The notes: generated by a model from the sequence alone, not told the origin. 64,000 nucleotides of DNA from Eledone cirrhosa (GCA_964016885.1 OZ024743.1:17174001-17238000), one strand, 5' to 3'. Shown: positions 13,823 to 28,216, counted from the stretch's first letter. Made by a program: numbers and translations.

Positions 13823-14730
13823 ATGTATAGGTGTCTTTATATCCGTGTTTTTACATCTATGTTTTTTGTTTTGTTTTTTTCTTCTTCCTTTTTTTACATC
13901 CTCATTTTTATGCGTGTGCATGCAAACAGGTCAATATGGGTGAGTGTATGTATGTGTGTGTGTGTGTGTGTACGTACCGAATGTATGGATGTGTAAGTGT
14001 CCGTGTGTATATAAGCATGTATATTTTTGTGTGTGTGTGTGTGCGAGTGTGTATACAGTCGCGTGCGTGCGCTTGATTAGATATGCATGGGGCGAGGCGT
14101 ATATGCGTATATATGTGCATCCTGTGTGTGTAGATGTGCTTGCATACGCTTTTGTCTGCACGTTTTTTGCGTGTATATATATATATTTCTTATAGATATA
14201 CGTTTCTTGTAGATATACGTGTGTGTGTACGCGTGTACCTTGTTTGTCTTCTTTTCTTTAATTTTTTCTTTCTAAATTATTGTTCCATTTTTATAAATAT
14301 ATCGAGAATGATACTTTCTTTTAATTATTACACTCCCTTACCTCTTTTACTTCCGCATATAAGTGTACGTGCGTGTGGGTGTGTTTATACGCGTGCCTTC
14401 ATATTCTTATAATGTATCTATTACCCTATTTTTTCTGTGTACCTGCCAAACAGAAACCACATCATGTCTGTCTGTAGTTTACAGATACATAGATACACTT
14501 GCCCTAACACATATATTTACGCACACAGTTTCACTATACGTATACATTTGTACATACACATATATGTACATCTGTGAGCGTATATACATACATATACACA
14601 CACCTAACTATATTTCTTGAAATATTTTTATATATTTCATATGGCTATTGTAATTCATTTGTCTATATTTATATAATGTTTTTTGCTTTTCTTGATGAGA
14701 CTTTCCAAGTATTTAGCCATGTTTTATATT

Positions 14731-14802
14731 GCCTCGTATGACGAACGAATGAAGACGTTTCTTTCGTATTCGCCTCATTCGGGAAACCTCTGGTAATGAG
14801 GT
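14731..14802 (+). ncRNA. Hammerhead-like motif with ATGACGA core (C3A), probably the pLTR of the 12.5 kb PLE
   Basis: GCCTCGT-ATGACGA-A-CGAATGA-(22 nt)-TCATTCG-G-GAAA-CC-TCT-GG-TA-ATGAGGT; 7-bp stems I and II. Confidence 0.65.
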
Positions 14803-14827
14803 AATTATATTGTATTGATTTTTATAC

Positions 14828-14914
<87 letters not shown>

Positions 14915-15909
14915 ATAAAATTGAAAAGGTGGAGAATAACATGGTCAACAGTACAAAAGTAGTGGCACTCAATTTAAAACACATGTTGGCCCATTAAATC
15001 TTCAGAGACTGTCAAAAAATATAAATATATGCGTAACCCGGCAAATTTACAAATTCAAATTACCACATCAATAATAATAGTAATAATAAAGATATAGAGA
15101 GAGGGATAGATATAGTAAAGAGAGAAAGGAAGGGAAGAAGAAAGACGAAGAAGGAAGAAGATAAAGAGATAGAGAAAGAAGAAAAAGAGGAGAACATTTG
15201 TACAGCTAACAAATAAGATGTATAGAATATCATAGAAAAACACAAGTAGAGATATCGTAGGATAGAGAGAATAATGATGAGGGACAAACAGACGAGTATG
15301 ATAGATAAACACAAGTAAAAATAAGATAGAGAGAAGAATGTAGAGGGGCAAATAGATGAATAAACGTTAATACATGAATAAATGAATAAATGTAAGTAAA
15401 CAAAGATAGATATGTAGAAATATATGAGAAAATGAATGAAGAAATATATAAAAAATATATATATAAAACATTGATAGATAAATAAATTAAGTGAATAAAT
15501 AAATAAATAAATATATAAATAAATAAATAAATAAATTACATCTAATGTAATATAAAATAGCATAATATGTGAAAAGTGAAGATGAAAATAAATAAATAAA
15601 TCTGTAAAAAAGTACGGAGAATATTTAAACATGTTAAGATTATTGAGAATAGTTTTTGATAATTGTTAAATATTTGGATTGTTATTAAGTGGAAAATATC
15701 ATAATGTTAAATATATTTATGTGTGTATTGGTTATTTTAATAAGTAAATTAACTAGTTTTAAGATATCTTATATGATAAGATAAAATGACCGAGATGAAA
15801 TAAGTTTAGGGAGAGAAATGCAAAGATAGAGTGTGAAATATAGAGATATATAAAATACGAATGTCAATCAATATAAGAGGTGTTGATGCTGTTCTTTGGT
15901 AATTATAAT

Positions 15910-16094
15910 TGTTTTTTACTTTTGGCACAAGGCCAGCTATTATCCAGTGTATTACTGGTACTTCATTTTATCGACCGCGTAAGGATGAAAGGCAAAGTTA
16001 ACCTCGGCGGGATTTGAACTCAGAATGAGAAGGGTGTAACTCCTTGCGTCAAAGCATGGCATCCGACCCTCTACCGATACTGCCAACCCACCGC
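15910..16094 (-). mobile_element. tRNA-derived SINE, full length, with 17-bp TSD
   Basis: A box TGGCAGTATCGG, B box GAGTTCAAATCC, core GCCTTTCATCCTTACGCGGTCGATAAAA (Meta/MESC-like, inference); TSD TCTTTGGTAATTATAAT at 15893-15909 and 16095-16111. Confidence 0.9.
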
Positions 16095-16662
16095 TCTTTG
16101 GTAATTATAATGTTATATATTTATTATATATATTATATTTATTTATTTACTTATTTATTTATCTATCAATTTTTTATATATATATATTTTTATATATTTT
16201 TCATTCATTTCCTCTTATATTTCTATATATCTATCTTTATTTTTACTTACATTTATTCATGTATAAACGTTTATTCATCTATTTGTCCCTCAACCTTCTT
16301 CTCTCTATCTTATTTCTACTTGTGTTTGTCTATCATACTCGTCTGTTTGTCCCTCATCATTATTCTCTCTATCCTACGATATCTCTACTTGTATTTTTCT
16401 ATCATATTTTATACATCTTATTTTTAGCTGTAATAATTCTCTCCTCTTCTTCTTTCTCTATCTCTTTTTCTTTTTCCTTCTTCGTCTTCCTCAATCTCTT
16501 TTTCTTTTTTCTACTTCGTCGTTCTTCTTCCCTTCCTTTCTATCTTTACTATATCTATCCCCCTTTCTTTTTTTCTCTCTATATCTTTATTATTAATATT
16601 ATTATTGATGTGGTAATTTGAATTTGTAAATTTGCCGGTTACGCATATATTTATATTTTTTG

Positions 16663-16772
16663 ACAGTCTCTGAAGATATGATGGGCCAACATGTATTTTA
16701 AATTGAGTGGCACTACTTTCATTGTTTAGCAATTTTAAGACAACTCTATCAGTGAAACAATTGTTAGACTGT
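16663..16772 (+). ncRNA. Type I hammerhead with 77-nt stem II region
   Basis: ACAGTCT-CTGAAGA-TA-TGATGGG...TCTATCA-GT-GAAA-CAATTG-TT-AGACTGT-AAATAAA; perfect 7-bp stem I. Confidence 0.8.
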
Positions 16773-16999
16773 AAATAAATCTCATTTTGTCGTACTGTTT
16801 ACCATATTATTCTCCACTTTTTCATGTTCATTAACTCCAGGATAAACTTACATAGTCATAGAAGTGAAATCATAAACTCGTCATCTACGTGGAGCTCTTG
16901 TTGAGTCATATAACGACGTACGCTAAAACTATCCATGTTAAGAAGATAAGAAATATTCACAACCTCTAATTGGATTACCTATAACACTATATTGTTATA

Positions 17000-17033
<34 letters not shown>

Positions 17034-17381
17034 GGAGGGAGAGAGAGAGAGATAGGGAGAGAGATATATATAAAGATATACCTGGGTGGCCCCCTGCGGA
17101 GGCATACGTACACCCAGACATAGTGATACGTACACATGTCTACAACTGCCCCTCACACATAAGTGTATATATGCATGTACACACACATATTCATACATAT
17201 GAAATACTATCACATACATATAAATATACACGCAAATATATACATATATACATGTATGTATATGCACACATACATATGTACATACACCTACATATACATA
17301 TAGATACACGTACATATACACCCGTATATAACTATACACAAATAGATAAACATACAATATCGATATATATATAGATATATA

Positions 17382-18992
17382 CAGTGCCCCGCAAAAGTTT
17401 ACAACACATTAGGAAAAATGCGGTTTTAGGTATTTTTCATGAAGTTAGGGTAATGAAAATTTAACTACCGATAGAACATATAATGAGGCATTTAATGATG
17501 CAATCATAGTTTAAAAAAAAAACAAGGAAATAACTCATGAAGAAAAGTCAATATTTTTATAACGCAAAAGTTTACAACATATTTATTAAATCATCTCTTA
17601 ATATTTCGTAGCGTAACCCTTGTTGCTAATTACAGCCTGTAGGGCGTTTGGAGTAGCCTCCTACAAATTTCTTGCATGTTTCTTGGCTAATATTTATCCA
17701 TTCTTCACAACAAATTTTCTTTAGTTCAGGGATATTTTTGGGTTTCCTTTTTTGAATTCTCTCCACAAATTTTTGATCGGGTTAAGATCTGGAGACTGAC
17801 ATGGTCATTTTAGAACATTTATTCCATTCGTACTTAACCAAGATTGTGTTAGCTTTGCAGTATGCTTTGGATTGTTATCTTGTTGAAAAAAACAACCTGG
17901 CTTTAAGCTGAGCGAATGTGCACTTTGATGTAAATTCCTTTGGAAAATACCTCTATAATAAGTGCCACCCATTCTTCCTTCTATTATTTCAATATTTCCT
18001 ACTCCTGTGGCACTAAAGCAACCCCAGACCATGATTGATCCACCTCCAAATTATACAGTTGGAATAGTATTCTTCGGCGAATATTCAGTACCTTTCTTTC
18101 TCCAGACTTTTGCCACAGCATTTCGACCAAAATGTTCAATTTTTGTTTCGTGCGACTAAAGTACATCTTCCCAAAATGACGCAGGTTTGATGAGATGCTC
18201 ATTTGCAAAGTTTTAATCGACGAAGAACATGTTTCCTCGTAAGAAGTGATGTTTTTCTTGGAGACCTCGAGAAGATATTATATCAACGAAGTGAACGACT
18301 AATTGTATCTGTGCTCACTTTTACTCCACTTTCTTCTAGGTCATCCTGAAGATTTTTAAGAGTACACAGTGGGTTCGTTGCCAACCTTTCTCGTCAATAA
18401 CCGAGCTGCACGTTCCGTTATCTTTCTTTCTAGGACAACCAGAACTAATTAGAGGACAGATGAAATGATGAGTTTTCCAGTGACGAATTATTGTACCAAC
18501 TGAACTCAATGGCACATTTAACTGACAAGATATCTTTCTATAACCAATACCATTTGTATGAAGGTCTACAATGCGTTTACAGAGGTCTTGATCAATCAGT
18601 TTATTTTTTCCCCATATTGTCCATGTTTACAGGACGGTTGTCAATGTTTACAGGATGGTTGTCAGACAAATAATGATGTAATATTTTTAATAGTCCTTAG
18701 AAGTTACCTTAAACCTAATCTAGAACATTCTACTGAATTCTAAATCTGAAAATTTAAGAATTTTCTTGAAAAAAAGCGATAAATATAAAATGTGTTGTAA
18801 ACGTTTGCGTTATAAAAATATAGATTTTTCTTCATGTGTTATTTCCTTGTTATTTTTTTAAAAATATGATTGTATCATTAAATGCCTCATTATATGTTCT
18901 ATCAGTAGTTAAATTTTCATTACCCTAACTTTATTAAAAAATACCTAAAACTGCATTTTTCCTAATGTGTTGTAAACTTTTGCGGGGCACTG
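17382..18992 (-). mobile_element. Tc1/mariner DNA transposon, IR/DR type, inactive transposase
   Basis: TA|CAGTGCCCCGCAAAAGTTTACAACAC ... GGGGCACTG|TA; ~200-bp TIRs with inner direct repeats (17561-17584, 18788-18811); MVWGCFS, QQDNNPKHTAK and QSPDLNPI motifs with frameshifts. Confidence 0.95.
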
Positions 18993-19039
18993 TATATATA
19001 TATATATATATATATGTATTTTAATTTCTTATTTATTTG

Positions 19040-19077
<38 letters not shown>

Positions 19078-19094
19078 CAAATAAATAAGAAATT

Positions 19095-19500
19095 AAAATA
19101 CATTGTGGCTGTGGAAGACAGAAAGACAGTCCGGCACGCATGAATGCACGCGACGGTTTGACCTGATGAAGGATAGACGTTGTTTTCTAAATAAATCACT
19201 TCCTGCAGCCGCAACCTGGTGCAGCCTGCGACTAACCCAGGTTCGGGCTGAGGAGGCCAAACTCTGCAAATACAGGTCGCTCTCCTACAGTTTTGTGGTC
19301 GTACCTTTGGCAGTGGAGACGTCTGTGGTCGTCGGCTCTACTGCTACCCCCCGACTCACCACCATAGGCGCTGAGCTGGCCAGCCACAGGTGTGAGTCTC
19401 GCTAGTTGGAATGGCTTTTCGAGCGCGTCTCCCTTGCCGTACTCCGGGGAAACACCTTCTCCATTCTGTCCGCCGGGGCTGTGGGGAGGCCCTCAATATG
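19095..19500 (+). mobile_element. 3' fragment of a CRE-like non-LTR element (restriction-like endonuclease domain)
   Basis: AEEAKLCKYRSL...VPLAVETS...WLFERVSLAVLRGN with an internal stop. Confidence 0.7.
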
Positions 19501-19704
19501 ATTGACTGATATGTCATTTTATCAGTCAACTGTTGCTATCGTTAACATCTGCAGTCTTTTATACCCTATCCCAATAAATCAATTATATGACCGATGACAA
19601 ACCAATAAGCGAATACCGCTTAATTCCACGTTGAAGAAATATGGTAAAAATAAGGAGGAATTGGGAGGTATTCATACACCATGAGAGACAAGCTTGAATA
19701 ATGA

Positions 19705-19798
19705 AACATATCTGAGGAACTTACGATTGGAGAGTCAGTTTTGATCAATAACAGATCGTTCCTCGAGGTGATCGACAGCGAAACATATGTACTATTTT
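19705..19798 (+). ncRNA. Hammerhead-like motif with ~61-nt stem II, partly decayed stem I
   Basis: AACATAT-CTGAGGA-A-CT-TA-CGATT...GATCG-AC-AG-C-GAAA-CATATG-TA-CTATTTT. Confidence 0.55.
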
Positions 19799-19843
19799 AT
19801 TAAATATGTTATGATGCAACACTGATACGGTGATCCTTATAAT

Positions 19844-19942
<99 letters not shown>

Positions 19943-20228
19943 ATTATTAAAAACACCTGTCCATTTTTTGGAAAGTTCACCATCATTTAACAGAACCTGT
20001 TTATACAGCTTCTTGACGAAAACCCTATGTTTGCTTAGAATAAATGACCCTTTAAAATTAGGAGTGTTTGCATTTCTATCATTTTGTATCTCTACGTATT
20101 GTTTTGCCTACTCCTACTTTTATTCCATCACCCAATGACCACCACCCATCCCAATCACCTACATTGCCTGGCGGCTTTCTTGATGACTTCCTTCGAATTA
20201 AAGAGTTCTAGTCCTGTCGTAGCTATTT

Positions 20229-20278
<50 letters not shown>

Positions 20279-20387
20279 GTATATATTTATACATAATAAA
20301 TGAGTCAAGAATAAGGTGGATCTGTTGTACAATAGAGTTTATTAAAAGTATTAACAATTGTTTCATTAGTCCGATGCGTCTAATAAC

Positions 20388-20615
<228 letters not shown>

Positions 20616-21585
20616 AATATAATTGTTTCAACTTTTAGCACAGGGTCAGCAAATACATTATGCTCAGGTCTACCACGTCGCAGGAGTGTATTATAAATTA
20701 GTTTGTGAAATAGCGATAGTATATACCCCAACTATATGGAATTCAGACCTTAGAAGGTTTGTACATCATTTATTCGTATGATTGAATTCCCAAAGAAAGA
20801 AACTATCACATTCTGATACATTCGGCTGAAAACACTTTGCTGGATTCGCGTTAAAACGACAGGTCAAACAATTAACTTTAATGATTCTTTGTTTATAAAT
20901 ATTTATTTTATGTATATAGGAAGGCGCCAAGATATTGAACGAAGGATTTAAAACAAAAGAACCAACAGTGATGCAATATTTAGAACAATTTCCGATTTTA
21001 CGTTTACATAAGTGATGTTATATGCATTATATTGATGCCGTTATATCGTAAGACCAGAAATATTACTTATATGTAGCAGTACGTGCAGTATACGACTTGA
21101 ATATTTGATTACTGTATTTTCTATTGTGTCTCTTTGAATAAGCAACATAATGATGGAAACCTTTGAACATTACAATGAGTGATCAATATTATCAGGGTAC
21201 CTTGTGAAATTTAAGTTGTTAGTATAATCAATCTAAAAGTGAATTGTAAGGGATGATGATAACATATTGAGTGAGAAGTTGTAATTGCAAATATTGCAGT
21301 GAATGCATCTGATATTGAGTGACATCTTCTAGCGTAAACCTCGACCTAACAGAAGTTAGAACACAAACAAAATACAGAGAGCTTATAAACCAACAATTCT
21401 GAAAAAATAATATATGTATATTTATAACTCAAATAAACATATGTTTCCTATATCAAAACTTTATGAAATAGGGTCAATAAAATATTTCATATACATATTT
21501 GGATAAACGACATTCAATAATAAATACAAGTTAATGTTGGTCACAAAATATGAATTGCCACATTACAAATATGATCCCCTTTATG

Positions 21586-21636
<51 letters not shown>

Positions 21637-21639
<3 letters not shown>

Positions 21640-21826
21640 AACAAGTAAGACCCCGACGGCTGAGCTCAAGCCGCTTCGACGGCTAATTCTGGACTGAATT
21701 AGCCGTCGAAACGGCTTGAGCTCAGCCGTTGGGGTCTTACTTGTTCCTATTACCCACTCTACTACCCTAAGTATTGAGTACTTTGGTGCATTATGGTCCA
21801 CCTGGTTCCTTACCACATTTCCTTCG

Positions 21827-21828
<2 letters not shown>
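21637..21828 (+). mobile_element. ~190-bp fold-back mini-element from the 3' end of the 23.3-26.1 kb PLE family
   Basis: Inverted ~58-bp arm + forward arm + ~80-bp tail ending CCTTCGTT, inserted in (TA)n. Confidence 0.85.
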
Positions 21829-21868
<40 letters not shown>

Positions 21869-21907
21869 ATGTGTGTATATGTGCATGTCTGCTTGTCCCA
21901 ATCCCCC

Positions 21908-21959
<52 letters not shown>

Positions 21960-22136
21960 GTAATATAAAATCAAATGATGGTTAAAAGAGTTCCATGTAT
22001 TTTATTATGCGCATTTCAAAAACAAATATCATCAGGCGATGATATTTGCGTTCTCGTGAGATCAAATAGGGAGACATGATATGAAGGTTAAAAAACACTT
22101 GCGAGCAGTGAAGTGTTAAGTCAACATACCTCACCT

Positions 22137-22195
<59 letters not shown>

Positions 22196-22199
<4 letters not shown>

Positions 22200-22987
22200 T
22201 ACACAATAATCAAGTTATGTTCAAATTATTTTATTGCTGCCAATCGTTTCTTCCAAATTTTCGTTTGGATTCATCGGAGCATTATAAATGATTGTACATA
22301 TAGTTAACCTCCTATTCAACTGAATAATCATATAGATACATGGATATTAATGCTGTCACCAACAGTTTCGTACTTACCGAGTGAAATGCATGCGGGAGAT
22401 ATCACAAGGGAATACTCTCAACACATACACATTTGAACATTACAGAAACAATCGTTGCATTACATCCACCATGAACTGGTCATTTTAATACACAAACACC
22501 TTTCACTGCTTGATATGCTTGTAAACCTATGTTAATTTATATGATACATTTGCCATACAGTAATTATATATGCCTTGTACCATTGCTTGTCTCCTTCCTA
22601 TATATGCCGAACGCATTTGCACTCCCTACACACTTGCATATGTACTGCTGGTGTCCTCCTTCTACAATTACCTTTTCTCCTTAATGCCTCTTTGATTATT
22701 ATAGTGTTCCCTTGTGATATATGTCGCATGCATTCCATTCTGTGCTTTTTAATTTTAATTATTGTACAATTCTCTTGTAATATATGTCGCATCCATTCCA
22801 CTCTGTAAATACGGAATTGTTGTTGACAGCATTAATATCCCTGTATATACATGATTGTTCAGTTGAATAGGAGGTTAACTATATATACAAACATTGCTAG
22901 TGCACCGATGACTCCAAACGAAAGTTTGGAAGAATCGATTGTCAGCAATAAAATGATTTAAACATAACTTTGATTATTGTGTAATTT
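22196..22987. mobile_element. Fold-back non-coding element with a hammerhead motif on each arm (22235-22281 minus; 22901-22947 plus)
   Basis: Arms of ~220 bp. Consensus TGCT-CCGATGA-(C/A)-TCCAAAC-GAAA-GTTTGGA-A-GAAA-CGATTG-TC-AGCA-ATAAA; each arm carries one further core lesion. Confidence 0.7.
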
Positions 22988-23139
22988 AAATTCCTACTCT
23001 GTAAAACATCTGATGTATCTGTATTGACTTATTTTTCTTACTGGTAATAAGGTTGTAATAAATTACTGACCTTTCCTGTTTATACTTGTATAGTGTATAC
23101 AATACCATAAATAGTATCGCATAGTTACGTCCATTTACG

Positions 23140-23256
23140 GTTTGAGTTCAAATCCAGCCGAGGTTAACTTTGCCTTTCATCCTTACGGGGTTGTTACAAT
23201 AATGTGCCAGTAATGTACTGGGTAATTGCTGGCCTTGTGTCTAAAGTAGAAACACT

Positions 23257-23260
<4 letters not shown>
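23140..23260 (+). mobile_element. SINE, 5'-decayed
   Basis: B box GAGTTCAAATCC and the same core/tail as 26518-26711. Confidence 0.8.
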
Positions 23261-23342
<82 letters not shown>

Positions 23343-23421
23343 CGAAGGAAATGTGGTAAGGAACCAGGTGGACCATAACGCACCAAAGTACTCAATACTT
23401 GAGGTAGTAGAGTGGGTAATA

Positions 23422-23533
23422 GGAACCAGTAAGACACCGACAGCTGAGCTCAAGCCGTTTCGACGGCTAATTCTGGACTAAATGAAAATTTATCCTGGTA
23501 TTTAAATAGCCGATCTTCTCAAGGGGTAATTCC
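23422..23533 (-). ncRNA. Hammerhead U3-A8 variant, left-arm copy (one stem I mismatch)
   Basis: Reverse complement of 25987-26098 with GGGGT changed to GGTGT. Confidence 0.7.
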
Positions 23534-25986
23534 ATATATGGTCAAAGTGATTGTCAAAAATCAGTAGTAATTCTGTGGTTGCAAATTAGTAGGGGAGATG
23601 GTGGCTAAACCTGCCAGTAGGAGAAAGAGGGGAGGGGGTGGAGTAGACCCAATCAAGCGTTGGTAGTGCCAGCTACAGCTGGGCATGAGGTCAAAGAAGA
23701 TACAGGGGAGGGGGAGGGGGAGGAAGTCGGAACGGTAGGTAGAACAATGGGGGGTAGAAATAGGAAAGAAAAAAAAAAAAAAAATACTGAGAGTGAAGAA
23801 AGGCAAATAAGTGTAAAGAAAAGTAAAGTAAATTAAATTCTACGACCTAGGTGTCAGGCTATTGTTAGGCGAGAATAAAATAAAGAAAGAAAGAAAGAAG
23901 TAAAAAAATAAATAAATGAATAAATAAGGAAATAAGTAAGAGAACTAGGTGGGACGGATAAGGCAAGGACCCTTTTAAGAGGTATAAGTACGTAAATGAT
24001 ACGGTGACGGGTCAACAAAAGGGGCCAAAATACTAAAGAGACTACCACGAAATAAACAATAAAGGTTTCCATCCCGGGCCAGCAACGACCCAGTGCAGCA
24101 AAGTGAACTTGTACGAGATAATAATTCTGAGTCCCGAGAAAAATATATACTAATGCTAACTCTAAAAGATCTAAAACAAGCTACATGAAAGTTCGTACGA
24201 AATAAAGGTAGAATACGGAGAAATAAATTCAGAATCCACCCCGCCCAGAAGAAGAGCGAAGCAAGAAATACTGAAACGAAAAAATAAGGCATGTGCCACT
24301 AAGAAATATAGAGGGCACAGAGAATAGTGGGAGCGGTCGGAAAAAGGGGGAAAGTATCCGGGGTCTAAGCCAGCTGCTATAAAGGGCGGAGTCCGCCAAA
24401 TCTATCAAAGACTAGGGGAGGGGGGGTGGGGGTACTAAGGCTACATGGGGCCAAAGGGCAGCCTCGGGTGGGCGAGAAAAGACGCCGACAAAGGAGAAGA
24501 GCTGGGGTAGAAGGACAAAGGGGAGAGGGGGGAAGGAAATAAAGGAAGCGATAAAAGAATACAAAGAAGATCTTACGTCTTCCTTGGCAAGCAGGGGTTA
24601 CCTATTGCAAAATCGGCAACTGGGGTGTTATAGCCCTAGTCTACCCCCCCGGGTCATTATGGGGTTTGAGGGCGAGGTAAGTCCTACGCAATCTATGTTT
24701 ACATGCAGTAACCAGTTCATCTTTCTTGTTTAGGAGTTGGTCCGTCGAAACAGCATTACAAATGCGCTGTTTTCGACGGACCAACTCCTAAACAAGAAAG
24801 ATGAACTGGTTACTGCATGTAAACATAGATTGCGTAGGACTTACCTCGCCCTCAAACCCCATAATGACCCGGGGGGGTAGACTAGGGCTATAACACCCCA
24901 GTTGCCGATTTTGCAATAGGTAACCCCTGCTTGCCAAGGAAGACGTAAGATCTTCTTTGTATTCTTTTATCGCTTCCTTTATTTCCTTCCCCCCTCTCCC
25001 CTTTGTCCTTCTACCCCAGCTCTTCTCCTTTGTCGGCGTCTTTTCTCGCCCACCCGAGGCTGCCCTTTGGCCCCATGTAGCCTTAGTACCCCCACCCCCC
25101 CTCCCCTAGTCTTTGATAGATTTGGCGGACTCCGCCCTTTATAGCAGCTGGCTTAGACCCCGGATACTTTCCCCCTTTTTCCGACCGCTCCCACTATTCT
25201 CTGTGCCCTCTATATTTCTTAGTGGCACATGCCTTATTTTTTCGTTTCAGTATTTCTTGCTTCGCTCTTCTTCTGGGCGGGGTGGATTCTGAATTTATTT
25301 CTCCGTATTCTACCTTTATTTCGTACGAACTTTCATGTAGCTTGTTTTAGATCTTTTAGAGTTAGCATTAGTATATATTTTTCTCGGGACTCAGAATTAT
25401 TATCTCGTACAAGTTCACTTTGCTGCACTGGGTCGTTGCTGGCCCGGGATGGAAACCTTTATTGTTTATTTCGTGGTAGTCTCTTTAGTATTTTGGCCCC
25501 TTTTGTTGACCCGTCACCGTATCATTTACGTACTTATACCTCTTAAAAGGGTCCTTGCCTTATCCGTCCCACCTAGTTCTCTTACTTATTTCCTTATTTA
25601 TTCATTTATTTATTTTTTTACTTCTTTCTTTCTTTCTTTATTTTATTCTCGCCTAACAATAGCCTGACACCTAGGTCGTAGAATTTAATTTACTTTACTT
25701 TTCTTTACACTTATTTGCCTTTCTTCACTCTCAGTATTTTTTTTTTTTTTTCTTTCCTATTTCTACCCCCCATTGTTCTACCTACCGTTCCGACTTCCTC
25801 CCCCCCCCCCTCCCCTGTATCTTCTTTGACCTCATGCCCAGCTGTAGCTGGCACTACCAACGCTTGATTGGGTCTACTCCACCCCCTCCCCTCTTTCTCC
25901 TACTGGCAGGTTTAGCCACCATCTCCCCTACTAATTTGCAACCACAGAATTACTACTGATTTTTGACAATCACTTTGACCATATAT

Positions 25987-26098
25987 GGAATTACCCCTTG
26001 AGAAGATCGGCTATTTAAATACCAGGATAAATTTTCATTTAGTCCAGAATTAGCCGTCGAAACGGCTTGAGCTCAGCTGTCGGGGTCTTACTGGTTCC
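25987..26098 (+). ncRNA. Type I hammerhead with U3-A8 compensatory core and extended stems
   Basis: GGAATT-ACCCC-TTGAGAA-GATCGGCTA-(37 nt)-TAGCCGTC-GAAA-CGGCT-TGAGCTC-AGCTG-TC-GGGGT-CTTACT-GGTTCC. Confidence 0.78.
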
Positions 26099-26112
26099 TA
26101 TATATATATACC

Positions 26113-26517
<405 letters not shown>

Positions 26518-26711
26518 GGCGGAGGATTGGCAGTATCGGTACAGAGTCGGACGCCATGGTTTGACATATAGAGTTTCGGCCCTTGCCATTCTGAGTTCAA
26601 ATCCCGCCGAGTTTAACTTTGCCTTTCATCCTTACGGGTCGATAAAATAAAGTACCAGTAATACACTGGATAATTTCTGGCCTTGTGCCAAAAGTAGAAA
26701 CAATTATTATT
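26518..26711 (+). mobile_element. tRNA-derived SINE, full length
   Basis: GGCGGAGGATTGGCAGTATCGG head, B box, conserved core, (ATT)n tail. Confidence 0.9.
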
Positions 26712-27386
26712 ATATATATATATATATATATATGAAGATACATAGATATATTGATAGACACATGCTTACGCACACACATACATATTTATAAACGTATTAT
26801 ACTCTAGATATCAACTTGGCTCTCATCTATTTACAAAAGTACAAAAGTATCAGTGTCGTACAGGTGACTATTCTTCTCTCACACTTTATCCTTTTCAGAA
26901 AGAAATCTACTGTTTTCAAACATGGTTTTAAAATACCGTATATCAATATTTTGCCCCTAACTCTCCCTCGTGATTTACGGTTCTATACATAAATATCAAT
27001 TTTCATTGCCGAGAAAGGTGTCACAGTATTTCAAACTTACCTCATGTAAATGCTAAGCAACTGCATGGGTGTTGAGGCGTCAGCAAATGTAATAAGCTTG
27101 GGAATACAAGCATAACATATATAAAATAAATAAATGATGATTTATATTTAGAAATAGCAACGTTCGACGTACCGGCAATTCTGTAATTGAATATTCATTG
27201 TATAATAACATTTAATTTTGTTTTAACTTTCTAATATTCTTCACGTGTATGTAAATGTGGATAATTAATCAACAGTTGATTTGTCTCACATATTCCTTCG
27301 TGAAAAGAATAAAAGAGGTTCCAGATCAGCTTGATGTTTTTATTTAGAGTATATCATATCTTCTCTGTTATAACTAGTGTATGGCG

Positions 27387-27444
<58 letters not shown>

Positions 27445-27469
27445 ATATATGTATATATAAATATATATA

Positions 27470-27554
<85 letters not shown>

Positions 27555-27921
27555 GTAGGAGGTGAGTTTTATTGTAGTACAATAAAGCAATGCAGATATC
27601 GGATAAGTAGCACTCTACAGTTTGTAGGACTGGAGTATAAATAATATATAAGATCAATGTTGATATGTTAATTTAAAACTGCACTATTCACAAGTGTTTT
27701 TTAAGATTCACATCATGTCTCCTTATTTTATCTGACGAAAATGCAAATGTCATCGCATGATGTTATTTGTTTATTTGTCGGAGATTTCTTCATAGAAGCC
27801 TCATTCGTATAGCCTGGTCTATTCGATTTCTTATATAGTTGTTTATGGTAATTGGGAGAGGAAATAGTTTATATTTTATCTTGTGATTCTATAGACATGT
27901 TTTATGATATATATATGTATG

Positions 27922-28033
<112 letters not shown>

Positions 28034-28216
28034 GTAGTGGTAGACCACTAGAAGGCAATATCCATAGTGGTATAGCACCTCAGCCCTTGGGACGAGTTAG
28101 GTAGAAGTGGTTACACAACAGTTAGTTCGCCATACCGAGGACAATTGTTTCAACTTAGCGGATCCTCACCTCGTAATGGGCATGATTATAGGGATCTAAT
28201 TGTTGTGTAACCACTT

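Larger units (their letters stand above)
14915..16996. mobile_element. Head-to-head inverted pair of non-coding PLE-type pseudo-LTRs with a SINE near the centre
   Basis: 14915-~15540 is the diverged reverse complement of ~16130-16825. The right arm has a ~170 bp longer 3' tail; microsatellite flanks; HHR in the right arm. Confidence 0.75.
23341..26100. mobile_element. Near-perfect 2.7-kb palindrome: inverted insertion of a 5'-truncated PLE
   Basis: Symmetry centre ~24760. Arms begin with the endonuclease C-terminus LLNKKDELVTACKHRLRRTY...* then ~1.2 kb UTR; the left arm has an 80-bp extra tail; (TA)n on both sides. Confidence 0.9.

Noticed and set aside
23854-25667. Duplicated 105-aa and 72-aa hydrophobic ORFs
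   Set aside because: Incidental frames in the pyrimidine-rich UTR, duplicated only because of the palindrome.
27035-27110. Possible minus-strand host exon (AG...GAG|GTAAGT; LITFADASTPMQLLSIYM)
   Set aside because: Isolated 56-nt candidate with no recognisable homology or partner exons.
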